From contig OX597824.1 of the NCBI GenBank assembly GCA_951406725.2, forward strand, positions 96,596,001 to 96,660,000: 64,000 nt of DNA, read 5' to 3'. Shown here in pieces: positions 1 to 15,769 of the stretch. This stretch comes from Octopus vulgaris (lineage: Eukaryota). The stretch's first letter is position 1. Every line of letters starts with the position of its first letter. The notes beneath the pieces were generated by a model. The model saw only the letters and a program-made list of their open reading frames with translations. It did no database searches and was not told where the DNA came from. The position numbers were made by a program, and so were the translations under genes.

Positions 1-1703
1 TGCATTTTCATCAGAAGAAGCGATTCCAAATTAGGATCTCATCGCAGTACCTCGTGCGTTCTACGCGTGCGCATAGAGGCTGCTCTTCCACATCCTTTAC
101 CTGCACACGGTGCAAAACCTGTGCCCGGCATCCAAACACATATCTAAAATGTAAGGACTGCAACGAGTCCGAGGATTCGATTCAGTTTCGATAGCGTGAC
201 CGAGAGTACAACACTCTTCTTGAATGGGACACCAGTCCGTCACAGGGTTGGGGCCCATTTACAGCAGAATGGACGGGAGCAACTCAGTGGAATGAAGGGT
301 TTTGCTCAAGAAGACAACGCACCGCCCGGTCTGAGAATCGAAACCTTGATGTTGCGATCGTTAGTACAACACTCTGCCCACTAGGCTAGCTGCCTTAGAT
401 ATCTAAAGCAGATTCAATATTTCGCAATTTCCCTAAAGAAAACGAGACAGAAGGAGGGGAGGAGGGAAGGAGGGAAAGAAGAAAGGAAGAGGGGGGAAGG
501 AAGAAATGGAATCCAGGAAAGACTAAAGGCCTTTTTGACGACAAAGGGAAGGATTTCGACTCCCGGAGATAACACCCGAAAAATTATGTTTCTAATAAAG
601 GATTACACAGAAAAGGGGACACCAAATCATAATGGCTAGTATATTTAAGATTGTAATATCACTTTCAAATTTCTGCAAAATAGGAACAAGTTCGGGCGAT
701 GCGGTGAGTTGATTACATCAACTCCAGTGCATAACTGGTACTTATTTTATCCATTCCGAAACAATAAAAGACAGAGTCGACCTCGGTGGAATTTGAACTC
801 AGAACGTAAAGACAAACGAAATAACAGTAAGCACTTTGTCCGGCGCGCTAACGATTCTGCCAACTCGCCGCCTTAATAGAAACCTACAATAGGAAATGTA
901 TTTACGACTATTAACACTGTTGATCCCTTCTTTTCTAAGGTTATACACGGACTGATTTAAGATGCATTTAGCAGTTATGTCTAGCAGGTCGAGCCCACTG
1001 ATGGTGGTAGTTTTGATAATGATGGCGATGATGGTTACTGAAAGTGGTGGCGCTGATGTTGTTAATAAATAGAGGTTGTGCATGGAGATATTAGGAGTCA
1101 TTGTGAAGGTGGTGGTGATGATGGTGATAATGGTATTGTTGTTTGTGATGGGGTTTGGGGAATGGGGCTTATTAATGATAATAGTATCTGAGTGAGGAGA
1201 TGAAAAACGGATGTGGATGGGCGCTGTGCTATTAAACTACAAATCTCAAGTCCTTCAGGACCTCATCAAAACCCGGAATCAACGTTTTCACAGAGCGAAA
1301 TTTGCCAATTCCGTTTAAACACTAAGTTGATGAGAAAAGCAGGACGCAGACTCTTCTCGCGTTTCAAAATAGTTGTTATGTTGGTATTTTTATATTTAAA
1401 GACACAGACACAGTCCTCACGGACACACACAAGGACACACACACGCACACACACAAATATTAATATAAACACAGCCATACGCAATGTGTTACCGAAAAGG
1501 AAAACTATAAATGTCACTAAATGCGACTAGGGTGTTAGGACACCTTCATTGCTAGAAATAAGAGCTAAAATGGTCTACTTGCTGTAGTGAAGGCACATAA
1601 ATTGTATCCATATATGCTGAGAGGGATGTAATCGGGCAAACACCGATCGAGAATTCGATAGGTACAAATATATATATGTATATATATGTATATGAATATA
1701 ACA

Positions 1704-1745
<42 letters not shown>

Positions 1746-1772
1746 GATGCATATGATTCCAAATATACATAC

Positions 1773-1832
<60 letters not shown>

Positions 1833-2019
1833 TTGTACACGAACAAGGGAATAAGAATGGTGCAAACAATTTAAGGTAAAGAACAATACAAGAATAATTA
1901 CAAGACTACACACACATACACAGACACATATGCGCACATACACAAGAGATATTGGCGGAACATTCCCATCAAAACTTCTAGCAAGTGCGAACTTAATCGG
2001 CTTAATATGGCTGTTTGAG

Positions 2020-2436
2020 GCAGACAAAATCAAAATATGCACCTTATAGAAATCAGCTGCCCTGCTGATGTGAATATCTCTTTGAAAATCAAAGAGAAAG
2101 AAGATAATTATGGACAACTGCTTCGAAAGTTTCAGCTTCTATATCGGGATTCTAAATCCACATGTGATGCCAATAATAATTGGTGCATTTGGCATTATCA
2201 ATAAATGCCGAAGTGACAATCTGTATAACCTAAGGTTTTCAGAGAAAGTAATTAGCTAAACACGCGCATAACATATACAATCTTTAAGTGGAAAAATAAA
2301 AATCTGTAAGACTTTTCTCAAGTTTAAATTGTGACATTGTTTTGTTATCTGCATTCCAGCGATGGAGCTTTGTATCTTTGTTAGAAACCGGCCTCTTCTT
2401 CAGAGGACGGATTTAATTAATATCAGAAGAGAAAAT
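2020..2436 (+). mobile_element. 3' end of an RLE-type (R4/Dong-like) non-LTR retrotransposon
   Basis: Frameshifted IEISCPADVNISLKIKEKEDNYGQLL and VMPIIIGAFG; 3' region repeated at ~17470-17640; followed by (CATA)n. Confidence 0.7.
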
Positions 2437-2559
2437 GCATACATACATACATACATACATACATACATACATACATACATACATACATACATACATACAT
2501 ACATACATACATACATACATAATGATGGCTGTCCACTGGTGACTCAGGAAGACCATCAC

Positions 2560-2760
2560 TGACAATCAAAAACATTGTGCACTTAGTTTTATATTTAGAC
2601 TTGTGACTCCGCTGGTGACTCATGAGTCCAGCTGTTGACAAATAAACATGTCCACAAATATATATATTACTGACCAGTCTTCTCCCATTCACTACACTGC
2701 GGTGCATTTCGGAGCAGCTCGCTTAAACGATGCATGGAAAATGTATTTCTTTTCTAAATA
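2560..2760 (-). mobile_element. RTE-like LINE 3' remnant
   Basis: ORF 2423..2707(-) contains YICGHVYLSTAGLMSHQRSH, resembling the C-terminal C2H2-like motif of RTE ORFs. Confidence 0.5.
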
Positions 2761-3099
2761 CCAATTCCTTCTTTTACTCGATTCATCCAATGGTCACGAT
2801 GGCCATCATTGCTTTCCCAGTCAACGTTCCATATCTCACACGTCTTCGGCGGGAATTTTACACACCCCTTAAATCATATCCAGTGTAGTACCTTGAAATT
2901 AAGTGCATACCCTTAGTTTCATGGTGTAAATTATGTAACATACGAATGTTATCGCCTTGGATAACAAGTCAATCTACCATAGATAGTTTTGCCAGGATAT
3001 CTGTTTGTTATTCACAATAAATTGCCAACTGAAATAAAGCGATATAAAAGGTAACACCGCTGGACTTCCGCCAAGGGGCTGGGAGATACATCTCATCTA

Positions 3100-3650
3100 G
3101 GACAAAATACCAATCCATTGTATATAAAGTTTATAATATAATCCGGAAATTCTAACTTTTAACATCTCCGTTTCTAATCTCAACCAAAAAAGGCAACAAA
3201 ACGATAAATTTGAGGAATGAGTAAAATTCTGTGAAGTTGAAACAGATAAAGAGTTAGAAAATATTAGACCGGACATAACAATTATAAATAAGTAAAAGCG
3301 AAGTTGCTTTCTATTCGATCCGTTTGATTCCAGGATCATAAAGAAAAAGGACGAAAAACAAAAAAGAATAGATTTCCTTGAAATTTGAAATAGGAAGAAT
3401 TTAGAGCATGAAAACAGTAAAGGTCGTGCTTATAATAATTGGGAACAGTAATAAGGATAGATATAGACAAATGGTTGAAGGAAATTAGAATAGAATGCTC
3501 GGTAGAGCTCTTGCAAAACGTTTGTCTCTTAGGGACAGAAAAGATTATCAGGAGGGTTCTAAGCTCTTGAAAGACTGCGGGACTGGTCTTCAAGTGTAAA
3601 GTCACCAGACCGGAATTTCTCCAATTATCGACGTACAGTGCGCTCATTCA
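3100..3650 (-). pseudogene. highly decayed Penelope-like RT fragment (tentative)
   Basis: ORF 3336..3647(-) has ILISFN..SI..TVP and ALNSSYFKFQGNLF, resembling PLE RT LVSFDV.SLFT.VP and L.N.YF.F.G..Y. Confidence 0.4.
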
Positions 3651-3932
3651 CCACATCTTCCCCAAACACCTCATTGGTGTTTTGAGCTGTCTGGGATGCA
3701 TTGGTTCCACGATGGAACTCATATTCATAAACAACATAAGTTTTTTTTATCTATCCATGGGTTCACAAAAATTAATTTACAAGAGAAAACGTACAATATA
3801 ATCAGACACCAGGAATTGCATTTCGATAAAATGATGATGTAACTCTTCAATGTTGTAAAACAAAGAATTGTCAGGACAAAACATTAAAGTTAACGACTGT
3901 CAAAAATCGGACATTTCCTTTTTAATGACCTG

Positions 3933-4001
<69 letters not shown>

Positions 4002-4192
4002 CATGCGAGGTATAGGGGCAGACATGGTGTGCAGTTAAGAATTTTGCTTTGCAGCTAAATGGTTTCAGGTTGAGTTCCATGGAGCGGTGCCTTGGGCAAG
4101 TGTTTTCACAAGGCACTGGCCAGTCCAGGGTCGACCAGTGCCTTGTGAGTGATTTTGGTACGCGGAAACTGTGGGAACCTATTGTGTATGTG

Positions 4193-4244
<52 letters not shown>

Positions 4245-4249
<5 letters not shown>

Positions 4250-4640
4250 AAAATAAGAAAATAGAGATAAAACAATTAATAATTATATTTATTAATTACA
4301 AAAATAGACATAATCTCTGACAGTTGTTTCGATTCAAACTTTAAAATTAATTAAAATCATTAAATCTTTATAAAGTTGATTCAACTTTATAATGATTTTA
4401 TAATGATTTAATTATCTTAATTAATTTTTAAAGTTTGAATCGAAACAATTGTCAGAGATTAAGTCAATTTTTGTAATTAATAAATGTAATTATTAATTGA
4501 TTTATCTCTATTTTCTTATTTTTCTTAAATAAATATATACCTCGGTTTATTTAATTACCTATTTTTGAATATTAAATCTAAAATTTAAAATAAATAATAG
4601 TTAATAAACCAGTAAATTAATTGGATATTATTATCCCTTA
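4245..4640. mobile_element. fold-back (inverted arms 4245-4527) plus tail; probable Penelope-like inverted pLTR remnant
   Basis: ~140-bp arms; both contain the HHR 3' half GAATC-GAAACAA(T/C)TGTC-AGAG (4442-4453 and mirror); flanked by microsatellites. Confidence 0.6.
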
Positions 4641-4663
4641 ATGAGGCTTATTTAACCTCCAAT

Positions 4664-4714
<51 letters not shown>

Positions 4715-4991
4715 GTGTGCGTGTGTGTGTGTGTAAGTGTGTACATGTGGAAGTGTATCTGACCCCCTCCACACAGTTGAGCAAAAGAAATAAAAAACAA
4801 AATGCTGAAGTCGACATGTTTGTCTGTATGTATGTGTGTATGTGCATGTGTGTGTGCGTGTGTGTGTGTGGATATATACCATCCACACACATACATTGAA
4901 CTGCATTAAGAGTCGTGAAATGTAAATAGTTTCCATAAGGATCCTTATTCATCCGGTCATCATAAGCATTACTCACACGCACAGACACACA

Positions 4992-5042
<51 letters not shown>

Positions 5043-5536
5043 ACACACAGACACACACACACACGCAGAAATAGGTAGGGAACACTATTGAACATGTCCA
5101 AGTGCTAAAGAGTCGGTCGTCACCTTCAAGTGGTCATTTCGATAAGTATAACCCCAGTAGAACATGACTGTAATGGAGTTAAGGACCTGGCTTAAGAGCG
5201 ACGTGCTGAATACTTCAGAAATTTCCTACAAAAGCTAAAAATATCTCACACGCCTTCTTTTTTTTCTTCTTTCGTTTTCTTCTTTCTGTTTCATTTTCGC
5301 TTTCATCACAAAACTTCTTCCCTTTTTACGTAAACGCATTTACTAATGTTCTAACGCACACACACACACACACGCACACGTGTGTAGTCCGTGTATGTTT
5401 GTGTGTCTGCGTGTGTATTTTTGTGTGTGTGTCTGTGCGTTTCATATCCATGTGAATGTACGAATATATATGTATATACATTTTCCATATCATATATATA
5501 TATATATGCATAAACACGGTGTGTGTATGTATGAAT

Positions 5537-5578
<42 letters not shown>

Positions 5579-5636
5579 GTATGTATATGTATGTATACAT
5601 ATATATATATGTATGTATGTATATATATATATATAT

Positions 5637-5668
<32 letters not shown>

Positions 5669-5936
5669 GTATCAATCTGTTGATTCACTATGGGCAATAA
5701 ATTATAGGACTCAATACAAATGTTGAATACTCTTATAACTGAAAGGTTCCAATTTCCTGTACTCAGTTACTCGTTCCGATCATCAACCGGGTTCTCATTC
5801 CTAAAGTATTTTTCGCTGATATTATTATTATTATTATTGATATTATTATTTATTTATTTATTCAAGGCACTGCCTAGAATTGAACTCGCAATCTTGGGGT
5901 TAGTAGCACGCGCTCTTAACCATTACGCTAATGCCC

Positions 5937-5996
<60 letters not shown>

Positions 5997-6007
5997 GCAA
6001 TAATAAC

Positions 6008-6062
<55 letters not shown>

Positions 6063-6169
6063 GCAATAATAACAATAATAATAATAATAATAGTAATGAT
6101 AATGATGATGATGACAGCAAAAAATCCGATAGGAATGAGAATCCAGGGTTGGGTTCAAAATCCTAGCAG

Positions 6170-6215
6170 GACACCTGATGAAGGCTGGAGAGTATATCAG
6201 CCGAAATGTTATGGT
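6170..6215 (+). ncRNA. hammerhead ribozyme motif, same family as 54766, degenerate 3' part
   Basis: GACAC-CTGATGA-A-GGCTG gagagtatat CAGCC-GAAATGTT; perfect 5-bp stem II; stems III and I mutated. Confidence 0.65.
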
Positions 6216-7269
6216 AACAACAAACAAGATGAGGACAGATATCCATCAAATGTAAATAATGTAAATAAGGGGCTGGTGATGTTCTGAAACATCATCATCA
6301 TCATCATTGTTATAATGATTATTTTTGATATCTCTATCCTCGCCGTCATCCTTGTAGTAGTAGTAGTAGTATTTGCAGCTCTCTCTCCCTTGCATACACA
6401 CTCACACCAATACTCACACACACACACACACAGACACACACACACAGACACAGACACACACGCACACATACACACACGTAGACACGGACAATTTCGATCG
6501 GCTTCCGTTATTCGGACAAAGGTGAGAAGGAGGAGAGGGAAAGGGAGTAGAAGGGTTTTGGTGGCGGGGAGGGGGGCATGGCTGTATCCACCCATCCGCC
6601 ACCCCGAATCGCTACCCTAGCCAAAACTAAAACTAAAACTAAACATAAAAAACCTCCAAAACAAAACAAAAAAATATCTGAAGCCATCCGCCCTCCCCAA
6701 TCCACATCAGCACCCATAACCACCCCTTAACCACCCGACAACAAACGAATGGAATTTGGTCAATCATTACCGACCCACCCGCCACCCCGAGATATATTTG
6801 TTATCAAACTGCAACCCTCTCCATGCAACATCACTAAATCCTCCTCCGCCTCTTCCTTCATCTCCGCCTTTTCTGAGACCCTCACCCTCACCCCTCCCGT
6901 CTCCACCCCACCACCTCTCCCCATCAACACGCCCTCTGCCACCTCCCCCCACCCCGCTTCTCTCTCCCTCTCCGTTAATCCAGCCGTAATTACGTAGATT
7001 AGTCCATCGTCCTGTCACCCGACACTCTTAATCATCTCCCTCTTTATTAACACAACTCTCACACTAAATAGATTTGTACAACAAAAAAACCTTTTTTCGC
7101 CAAAAAAAAAAACTCACCACCGCCACCGCCACCACCGATGACACAAACACTACCGCCGCCGCCTCCATCATTAACCGCCGTCACCACCATCATTGCTCCC
7201 TGTCTTTCGCTTGTTCACTCTGCTTTTCTCTCTTATTATTCTTCCGCCTATCTATCTATCTATCTATCG

Positions 7270-7347
<78 letters not shown>

Positions 7348-7366
7348 ATCTATATACATGTATGTA

Positions 7367-7418
<52 letters not shown>

Positions 7419-7534
7419 AATTAAGAAATAATCTCAAATTAGGCAATCATACTCATATTTATGTATTCTACTTAAAATGCGTATACATATATTAATACAC
7501 ATCGACACATGAATATTGAAAAAATTATTTATAG

Positions 7535-7570
<36 letters not shown>

Positions 7571-7581
7571 AAACCTCCATA

Positions 7582-7622
<41 letters not shown>

Positions 7623-7695
7623 TCTCACCTCTGTTACTATCTGGCATATACAGGTGCTTATACTTATCAAGTATTCACCCTAAATTTACAGTACC

Positions 7696-7744
<49 letters not shown>

Positions 7745-8251
7745 AATACATGCATGCATATATAGATATGAAACCGTACATATGGATACACACATACAAG
7801 GTTCTATTCTTCCTGATATCGTCTAAATTTTCATATTTTTATGTTATTCTATGTATTCTTATATATTCCACCATGATTTATCTTTAATTCTACATAACAG
7901 CATTCCTTCCAAATTCACCAACTTCGATAAATTCCTCAGAATTCTGTAGAAACTTGGTATGAATTATAAAAGTCATAATAACTGCTAGCATGCATCTATT
8001 GGAAATATTTTTTAGAAAAAGTCTTTCTTCCTACCTTCCTTCCTTCCTTCCTTTCTTTATCCCCATCACTACATTTTTTACTTGTCTCAAGTCAGCAAAC
8101 TGCGGCCACCCTGGGGGCACCGCCTTAAAGAATATTAGTCGAAGGAATCGACCACCCCAGTAATTATTATATATTTGTAAAGCATCTTTTGCCGAAGCGC
8201 AGAGTTACAGGGACGTAAACACACCAACACCGATTTTCAAGCAGTGGTGGG

Positions 8252-8296
<45 letters not shown>

Positions 8297-8560
8297 CTAC
8301 GTACAATTCCCGGTTGAAATGTACCTTAGTTCTATTAATTTTTTGTTTTGAAACTTAATATTTTTTTTTGCATTTATATATACATGCATGCATACATAAC
8401 ACACATATATGCTCACATACATATATACACACACATATATATATATATACATCCCCCCCACATACACACACGCATATATACGCACATTCATACTTGAATA
8501 CAAGTAAAGATATACATATAAACACATGTGCATACATATTTACACATACATATATGCATA

Positions 8561-8678
<118 letters not shown>

Positions 8679-8719
8679 TTGTATATATTCATATTATATA
8701 TATATTTATATATATATTG

Positions 8720-8897
8720 TTTTGTTGTGTCTGGGGAGAGTCATTCTGTTTTAGTGCCTTATTAACACACACGGGTTCAATTTCCACTCTTTTTTTCCTC
8801 TTCAATAGTTGTTAATTAATAAGGCATTAAAATAGAATGGCTCTCCCCAGACACAACAAAATATGCTTCAACACACGAATTCACATAAAGAACCAAA

Positions 8898-8900
<3 letters not shown>
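8720..8900. mobile_element. fold-back element, family shared with 16306-16580
   Basis: Arms TTTTGTTGTGTCTGGGGAGAG..GTGCCTTATTAA / TTAATAAGGCA..CTCTCCCCAGACACAACAAAA plus tail TATGCTTCAACACACGAA; related tails near 21715-21780(+) and 39395-39460(-). Confidence 0.75.
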
Positions 8901-8972
<72 letters not shown>

Positions 8973-9087
8973 TATATAAAATAATTTTTATAATTTGGCT
9001 TTTACAATAGAAACCGAAAAATGAAACATATAATAAATATTAATATATATATATATTCACATACATACATATATAAATATATAAATG

Positions 9088-9131
<44 letters not shown>

Positions 9132-9971
9132 TAATATATATAGATACGTATGCCAACATACATATATGCATACTTAACCATCCATCCATCCATCTATCCA
9201 TCCATCCATCCATTCATACATGCACATTCACTCATACACACACATAGGGTCAATTCGATTGGTATGGACCCTCCCTCCATCGCAATGGCTTTCAGTTTGG
9301 GCCCACATGATTCTTGGGGTTCCACATAAGATTTTGCTGTTAAAATGTATGTCCAATAAACTGGGTGTACTTCTGCAATACACAAAATATTTTAATAATC
9401 TTCTTAAAATAATTACACACAATTCCTCTTGATTATAAAAACATAACGGGACTCTTTTAAGCAACGAATGTTTATTAGGGTCCAGTAAAATAAAATAGGA
9501 ATCATAAAGGTCCATAGACAAAAAAAAAAAAAAAAATGGTTGAGACCCAATACTCTATCGATTCTGATATTTTTTTTAACCAACCGTAAATATACACGGA
9601 TTATTCAGGGCGTAAAACTCGACTTGACTAACAAATAGATAATATTGTTATTTTACCAAGAAAGATATACAATGGTAAATATTCAGTCATGTTATATTGT
9701 AATATAACGTCAAGTACTTAGCATAAATATATTGGAAATATAGAGGGTGGGCCAAAAGTCACGCGGAAAATAAGTTCAATACATTCCCAGAACAAAGATA
9801 ATTTTTTTTTGGTAATATTTGAATGAAATAAATTGAATAAAATAGATTTATGATGAAGAATACGCACATATTTGTACATGTTGAATAAAATAATTAATAA
9901 ATGATGAAGTAATATATATATAAATTGTTGGCAAGTTCGAAGAAATAATAATTTCCACCATATGTTTGTGC

Positions 9972-10004
<33 letters not shown>

Positions 10005-10291
10005 GCTTTATTTAATCCTTGATCTGCGGTCAAACTGGAGCACTGACCGGAAAGGTGAAATTCAACAAATCGACCCCAGCACCGTCAACGGGTTTCAGTA
10101 CAGTTTCTGTCAAAGAAATTACACCCATAAAATCTTGATTGGCCCAAGTTAATGATAGCATTTTCATTGCTTCATATGACTTTCGGTTGTGTGTTTTTTA
10201 AAAAATTAATGTGTGTGTGTTTTCATATATATATATATACTCATACATACATACATATATACAACATACATACATACATACATACATACAT

Positions 10292-10360
<69 letters not shown>

Positions 10361-10678
10361 TATATATATATATATATATATATAAATTAGAAAAATAACA
10401 CCTTTTTGTCAATTCAATTATGAAAAATTAAATTATACCATCTAGAAAATTACATATAAAACGATTAAATATATTCATATGTTGCATTAACATATATTTT
10501 CGAAGGTATTATTATTAATTTTAAAACAATATTGTAGTATTGTCTATGTGCCTGTATGTATGTGGTATGTGTGTGTGTGTCTGTGTATGTGTGTACGTGT
10601 TTGTGTGAGTGTTAAGGTGAGATCTAAAATAAAGATATAAATTTCTTCGTACATATTTGTTGTTATATATATATATGT

Positions 10679-10738
<60 letters not shown>

Positions 10739-10747
10739 TTCATGCAT

Positions 10748-10867
<120 letters not shown>

Positions 10868-10887
10868 CATATATATATATATACATA

Positions 10888-11002
<115 letters not shown>

Positions 11003-11163
11003 TATAAAATATAAATTTGAGATAAAACCACTCTTATGCATCTCAAACAGTGATAGACATAAACCAATACAGAAATAACCAATATATATATATATAATTT
11101 TTGTAAAAAATATATAACTTATAACTAGATCTCAAAAAATATAAAATGAATGATAAAATATAA

Positions 11164-11306
<143 letters not shown>

Positions 11307-11361
11307 CATGAAAAGGGATATTAATAAAACTTCCAAGAATTCAGAAGTAATAGCTGGAAAG

Positions 11362-11401
11362 CCTTTATATATTTCGAGCAAAAAGGCCCATCTTCAGAAG
11401 A
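11362..11401 (-). ncRNA. minimal type-I hammerhead ribozyme motif
   Basis: Minus strand TCTT-CTGAAGA-T-GGGC cttttt GCTC-GAA-ATATAT-A-AAGG: all three stems present, palindromic stem III, AUA triplet. Confidence 0.75.
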
Positions 11402-11477
11402 GTACAATCAAGGAAATGTGTATCTATGTAGATCCTGGCATTTCGATACCCGTATTAGCAGTGTCTACGTTTTACTC

Positions 11478-11528
<51 letters not shown>

Positions 11529-12328
11529 TATATATGGAGCAGGGATGTATTTAATCTCCCTTCAATTTTTCGAGGTATAACGGTTTTATAACGATTTCCC
11601 ATTCGTTTACACAAAACTTTGTCTTTTTATTAAACACTGCAAAGCCTCTTGAGATACAGGTTTTGGATAGTAGAGGGCAGACAAGGCAGCAACTCAAATT
11701 ATGGTCTGCTTCTGCCCAAATGCACCTGGTTGGCTTGATGCTTCGGCCTCATCTAACCAAATCACCTTTTACTCGATCTGTTCTCCTTCTCAGGTTGTTA
11801 CTTTATATTGCTGAGAACCCCTTCGGTCATAACTGGCCGTGGCATTGCACCTAGGAAGTTACCCTCCCAGGCACAAGTCCGGGCAAGGTTGTTTATGGAA
11901 GACCAGCAGTCGCCCATGTACACCAGCCTTCGCTCTCCACGCCACCAGTGTAATCCAAGGGAAAGGCAAAGGGGCCAATACAGCTTGGCACCAGTGACAT
12001 CACAATTCAATTCTATAGCTGAGTGAACTGGAGGAACACGAAATAAAGTGTCTTGCTCAAGAACACAACACATAGCCCGGTCCGGCATTCGAACTCACAA
12101 TCTCACAACTTTACTTTATATACATAACAAAAATTTATATTTGTGGCCTCAGGCGTGTCTATGTGGTAAGAAACTTGCTTTCCAACTACATGCTTCCGGG
12201 TTTAGTTCTATTGCATGACATCATGGGCGAGTGTCTTATACTATGGTCTCGGGCTGACCACAATTTGGGAGTCGATTCGGTATACTAAAATCGAAAGAAG
12301 CACGTCGTATAATATATATGTACACCCA

Positions 12329-12376
<48 letters not shown>

Positions 12377-12525
12377 TAAGTGTGTATGTCTTTGTGTTTG
12401 TCCCCACGTCTACCGATGGATAACAGTCTTGGTGTGTTTACGTTCACCGCAACATAGCAGTTCCACGAAGAGACCGATAGAATAAGTACCAGGATTTAAA
12501 AAAAGATTGGAGTTGATTCGTTCGA

Positions 12526-12584
<59 letters not shown>

Positions 12585-12700
12585 TGTATATATACACACA
12601 CATATGTATATATAGAGAGAAGGAGAGTAAGAGAGACAGATAAATAAATAGAACATATATACATACATACAAACATAGATACAAATATACACACAGATAC

Positions 12701-12746
<46 letters not shown>

Positions 12747-13018
12747 TTTACTGTCCACGGGGTGGGGGCTAAGCATAGAAGGGACAAAGAAGGACAGATA
12801 AAGGGAATAAGTCGATTACATCAACCCCAGTGTGTAACTGGTACTGATTTAATCGGCCCCGAAAGGATGAAAGGCAAAGTCGACCTCGTCAGAATTTGAA
12901 CTCAGAACGTAGTGAGGAGCGAAAAACTGCTAAACATTTTGTTCGACGCGCTAACGATTCTGCCAGCCCGCCGCCTTTTTTGAGTATGTATAATGTTCAT
13001 ATTATATTGTTGTTTTGG

Positions 13019-13387
13019 TGTGGAGGCGCAATGGCACAGTGGTTAGGGCAGCGGACTCGCGGTTTCGATTCCCATTCCGGGCGTTGTGAGTGTTTATTGA
13101 GCGAAGACACCAAAAGCTGCACGAGGCTCCAGCAGGGGTGGTAGCGAACCCTGCTCTACTCTTTCACCACAACATTCTCTCACTATTTCTTTCTGTTTCT
13201 GTTGCACCTGTATTTCAAAGGGGCCAGCCTTGTCACTCTCTGTGTCACGCTGAATCTCCCCGAGAACTACGTTAAGGGCACATGTGTCTGTGGAGTGCTC
13301 AGCCACTTGCACGTTAATTTCACGATCAAGCTTTTCCGTTGATTGGATCAACCGGAACCCTCGTCGTCGCAACCGACGGAGTGCCAT
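13019..13387 (+). mobile_element. SINE family C, representative copy
   Basis: GGAGGCGCAATGGCACAGTGGTTAG..TTCGATTCCC..GTTGTGAGTGTTTATTGAGC. Body shared with 51593-51822; related heads on the minus strand at 129-395, 11811-12108, 28590-28870 and 61378-61600. Confidence 0.8.
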
Positions 13388-13742
13388 GATTATTGTGGTG
13401 TATATGATAATACTAATACTGTATTACCGTTGTGATGTATGTAACATATATGTAGGAAAAAAAAAAAGAAGTATGGATTTGTTGTATGATGGTTCGAGTG
13501 TATATAATGGGTTTGTTGTATAACTGGTGTGGTGAGTGTATATAATAAAGTTATCCTTATATGATTAATGTTATCTTTTTAGATTGAGTTCAAACTCAAC
13601 CGTGGTCAACTTTATCTTTCATTCATCCGGGGTCGATAATTTGAATTGCACTGCCATGGCAATTGACTGACATCATTCCTGAAATATGCGTCAGTCAGTC
13701 CATGTTTGAATTAAATCCGGATCTTTAGCAGCAGCAGCAGCA

Positions 13743-14015
<273 letters not shown>

Positions 14016-15138
14016 CACAGGAGTGGCTGTGTGGTAAGAAGCTTGATTCCCAGCCACATGGTTCCGAGTTCAGTCCCACTGCGTGGCACCTTGGGCAAGT
14101 GCCTTCTACTATAACCACGGACCGACCAAAGTCTTTTGAGTGGAATTGGTGAACGGAAACTGAAAGAAGCCCGTCGTATATATATGCATGTACATCTATG
14201 TGTGAATGTGCCTTTGTCTGTGTTTGTTCAACTCTTTACGCTCTGTGTTCAAATTCTGCCGAAGTCGACTTTGTATTTCATTTCTTGGAGTCGCTAAAAA
14301 ATGTACCAGATGGGCACTGGGGTCGATTTAATCCCTTTATCCTCTCCTTCAAAATTGCTGGTCTCGTGCTAAAATTTGAAATCATTATTAAGGCGACGAG
14401 CTGGCAGAATCGTTAGCACACCAGACAAAATTCTTACCAGCATTTCGTCTGTCTTTACGCTCGAAGTTCAAACTCCACCGAGGTTCACTTTGTCTTTCAT
14501 TCCGTCGGGGTCGATAAAATAAGTAGCATTTTGGAACAGGGTTCAATGTAATCGACACGCTCCTTCCCCACAAATCTTAGGTCTTGTGCATGTAATAGAA
14601 AGCATTATTATTCCTGGCAGGAATTTTCTTAATTTTATGAAAAGAAGATATATTTTGGAAAACACGGATGTGAATAGTTATCATGAGAGAATCTCTTCAG
14701 AATATTTACTGATGGCTGTGTAAAATATAACGAACACGATTAGCCATCGTCAAGATGACAGAATAAATCTGTTGGTGATAAAGATAATCATAACTTGACG
14801 ATTGTATAACGTTTCGTATTTAGTCTTTTAACAAAAGGTGAAGAATTTTTCGGGGCGGGGGAGCGGTATCTTTGGGCTGCAGGATAATCCCACGATGGAT
14901 ATTTTATGGAACTTACATATAACTATTTTTCTAAGCTAATTTATAACGTATCAAGGCAGCGAACTGTCAGAATTGTAAATATGTCGGACAGAAATGCTGC
15001 GAAGTATTTCTTCCGGCACTTTGCGATCCGTGCTCAAATTCCTCCGAGATAGACCTTACCTTCCATTTCCCCTCTCAGAAGAGATAGCCTTCTGCTATAA
15101 TTTGAAACAATTCTACAGGTAGTCGTTATTGATGTATT

Positions 15139-15478
15139 GTTATGGAGGTATTGTTTTCAGTCGTGTTTGTTTGTCCATGGACAAGATATCTCAAGAACTG
15201 CTGGATGGATTCGGATGAAACTTTCAGGAATGTTTGGCCTCGTGACTGGCACGAACTGATTAGATTTTGGGATCGATCCCGTACCGGACAAGGATTCTAG
15301 ATTATTTTTCCGTTTTTTTTCTTAATTTTTGAGAGCAGTCGGGTTCATTTTTAATATTCTCATTTGTGAGAGCAGTCGAATTTATTTCAGATATTCTCAT
15401 TTTTAAAATCATCTCTGCCTAATCGTTGAGAGGACATTGGTGTTGCTTTGGCAGAGGTTTGCACTCTCTGAGTGCTCT
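15139..15478 (+). mobile_element. Helentron/HINE-like non-autonomous element
   Basis: GGAGGTATTGTTTTCAGTCGTGTTTGTTTGT start and GGCAGAGGTTTGCACTCTCTGAGTGC terminal hairpin. Confidence 0.5.
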
Positions 15479-15681
15479 TATTATTATTGTTATTATAAAT
15501 ACATATATATTTAACCAGATGACTTCCTTGGAATAACAGCTGTTTCTATGTATATATATCTGTATATATATATATATGTTTGCATGTGTGTGTATGTTCG
15601 TATTTATGTATATATATGCACATTTATATGAATATATGTAATTCATATATATATACATATATAAATACACACAGATACAGG

Positions 15682-15713
<32 letters not shown>

Positions 15714-15769
15714 GCTTAAACAAGATTAGAAAAGTTTTCAGTATTATTTATGGCGAATAAATAACTTCT

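Noticed and set aside
400-500. Strong minus-strand polypyrimidine tract plus AG near 436 as Six4/5 exon 2
   Set aside because: The phase-2 frame stops after five codons and runs into a SINE; the tract is a simple repeat.
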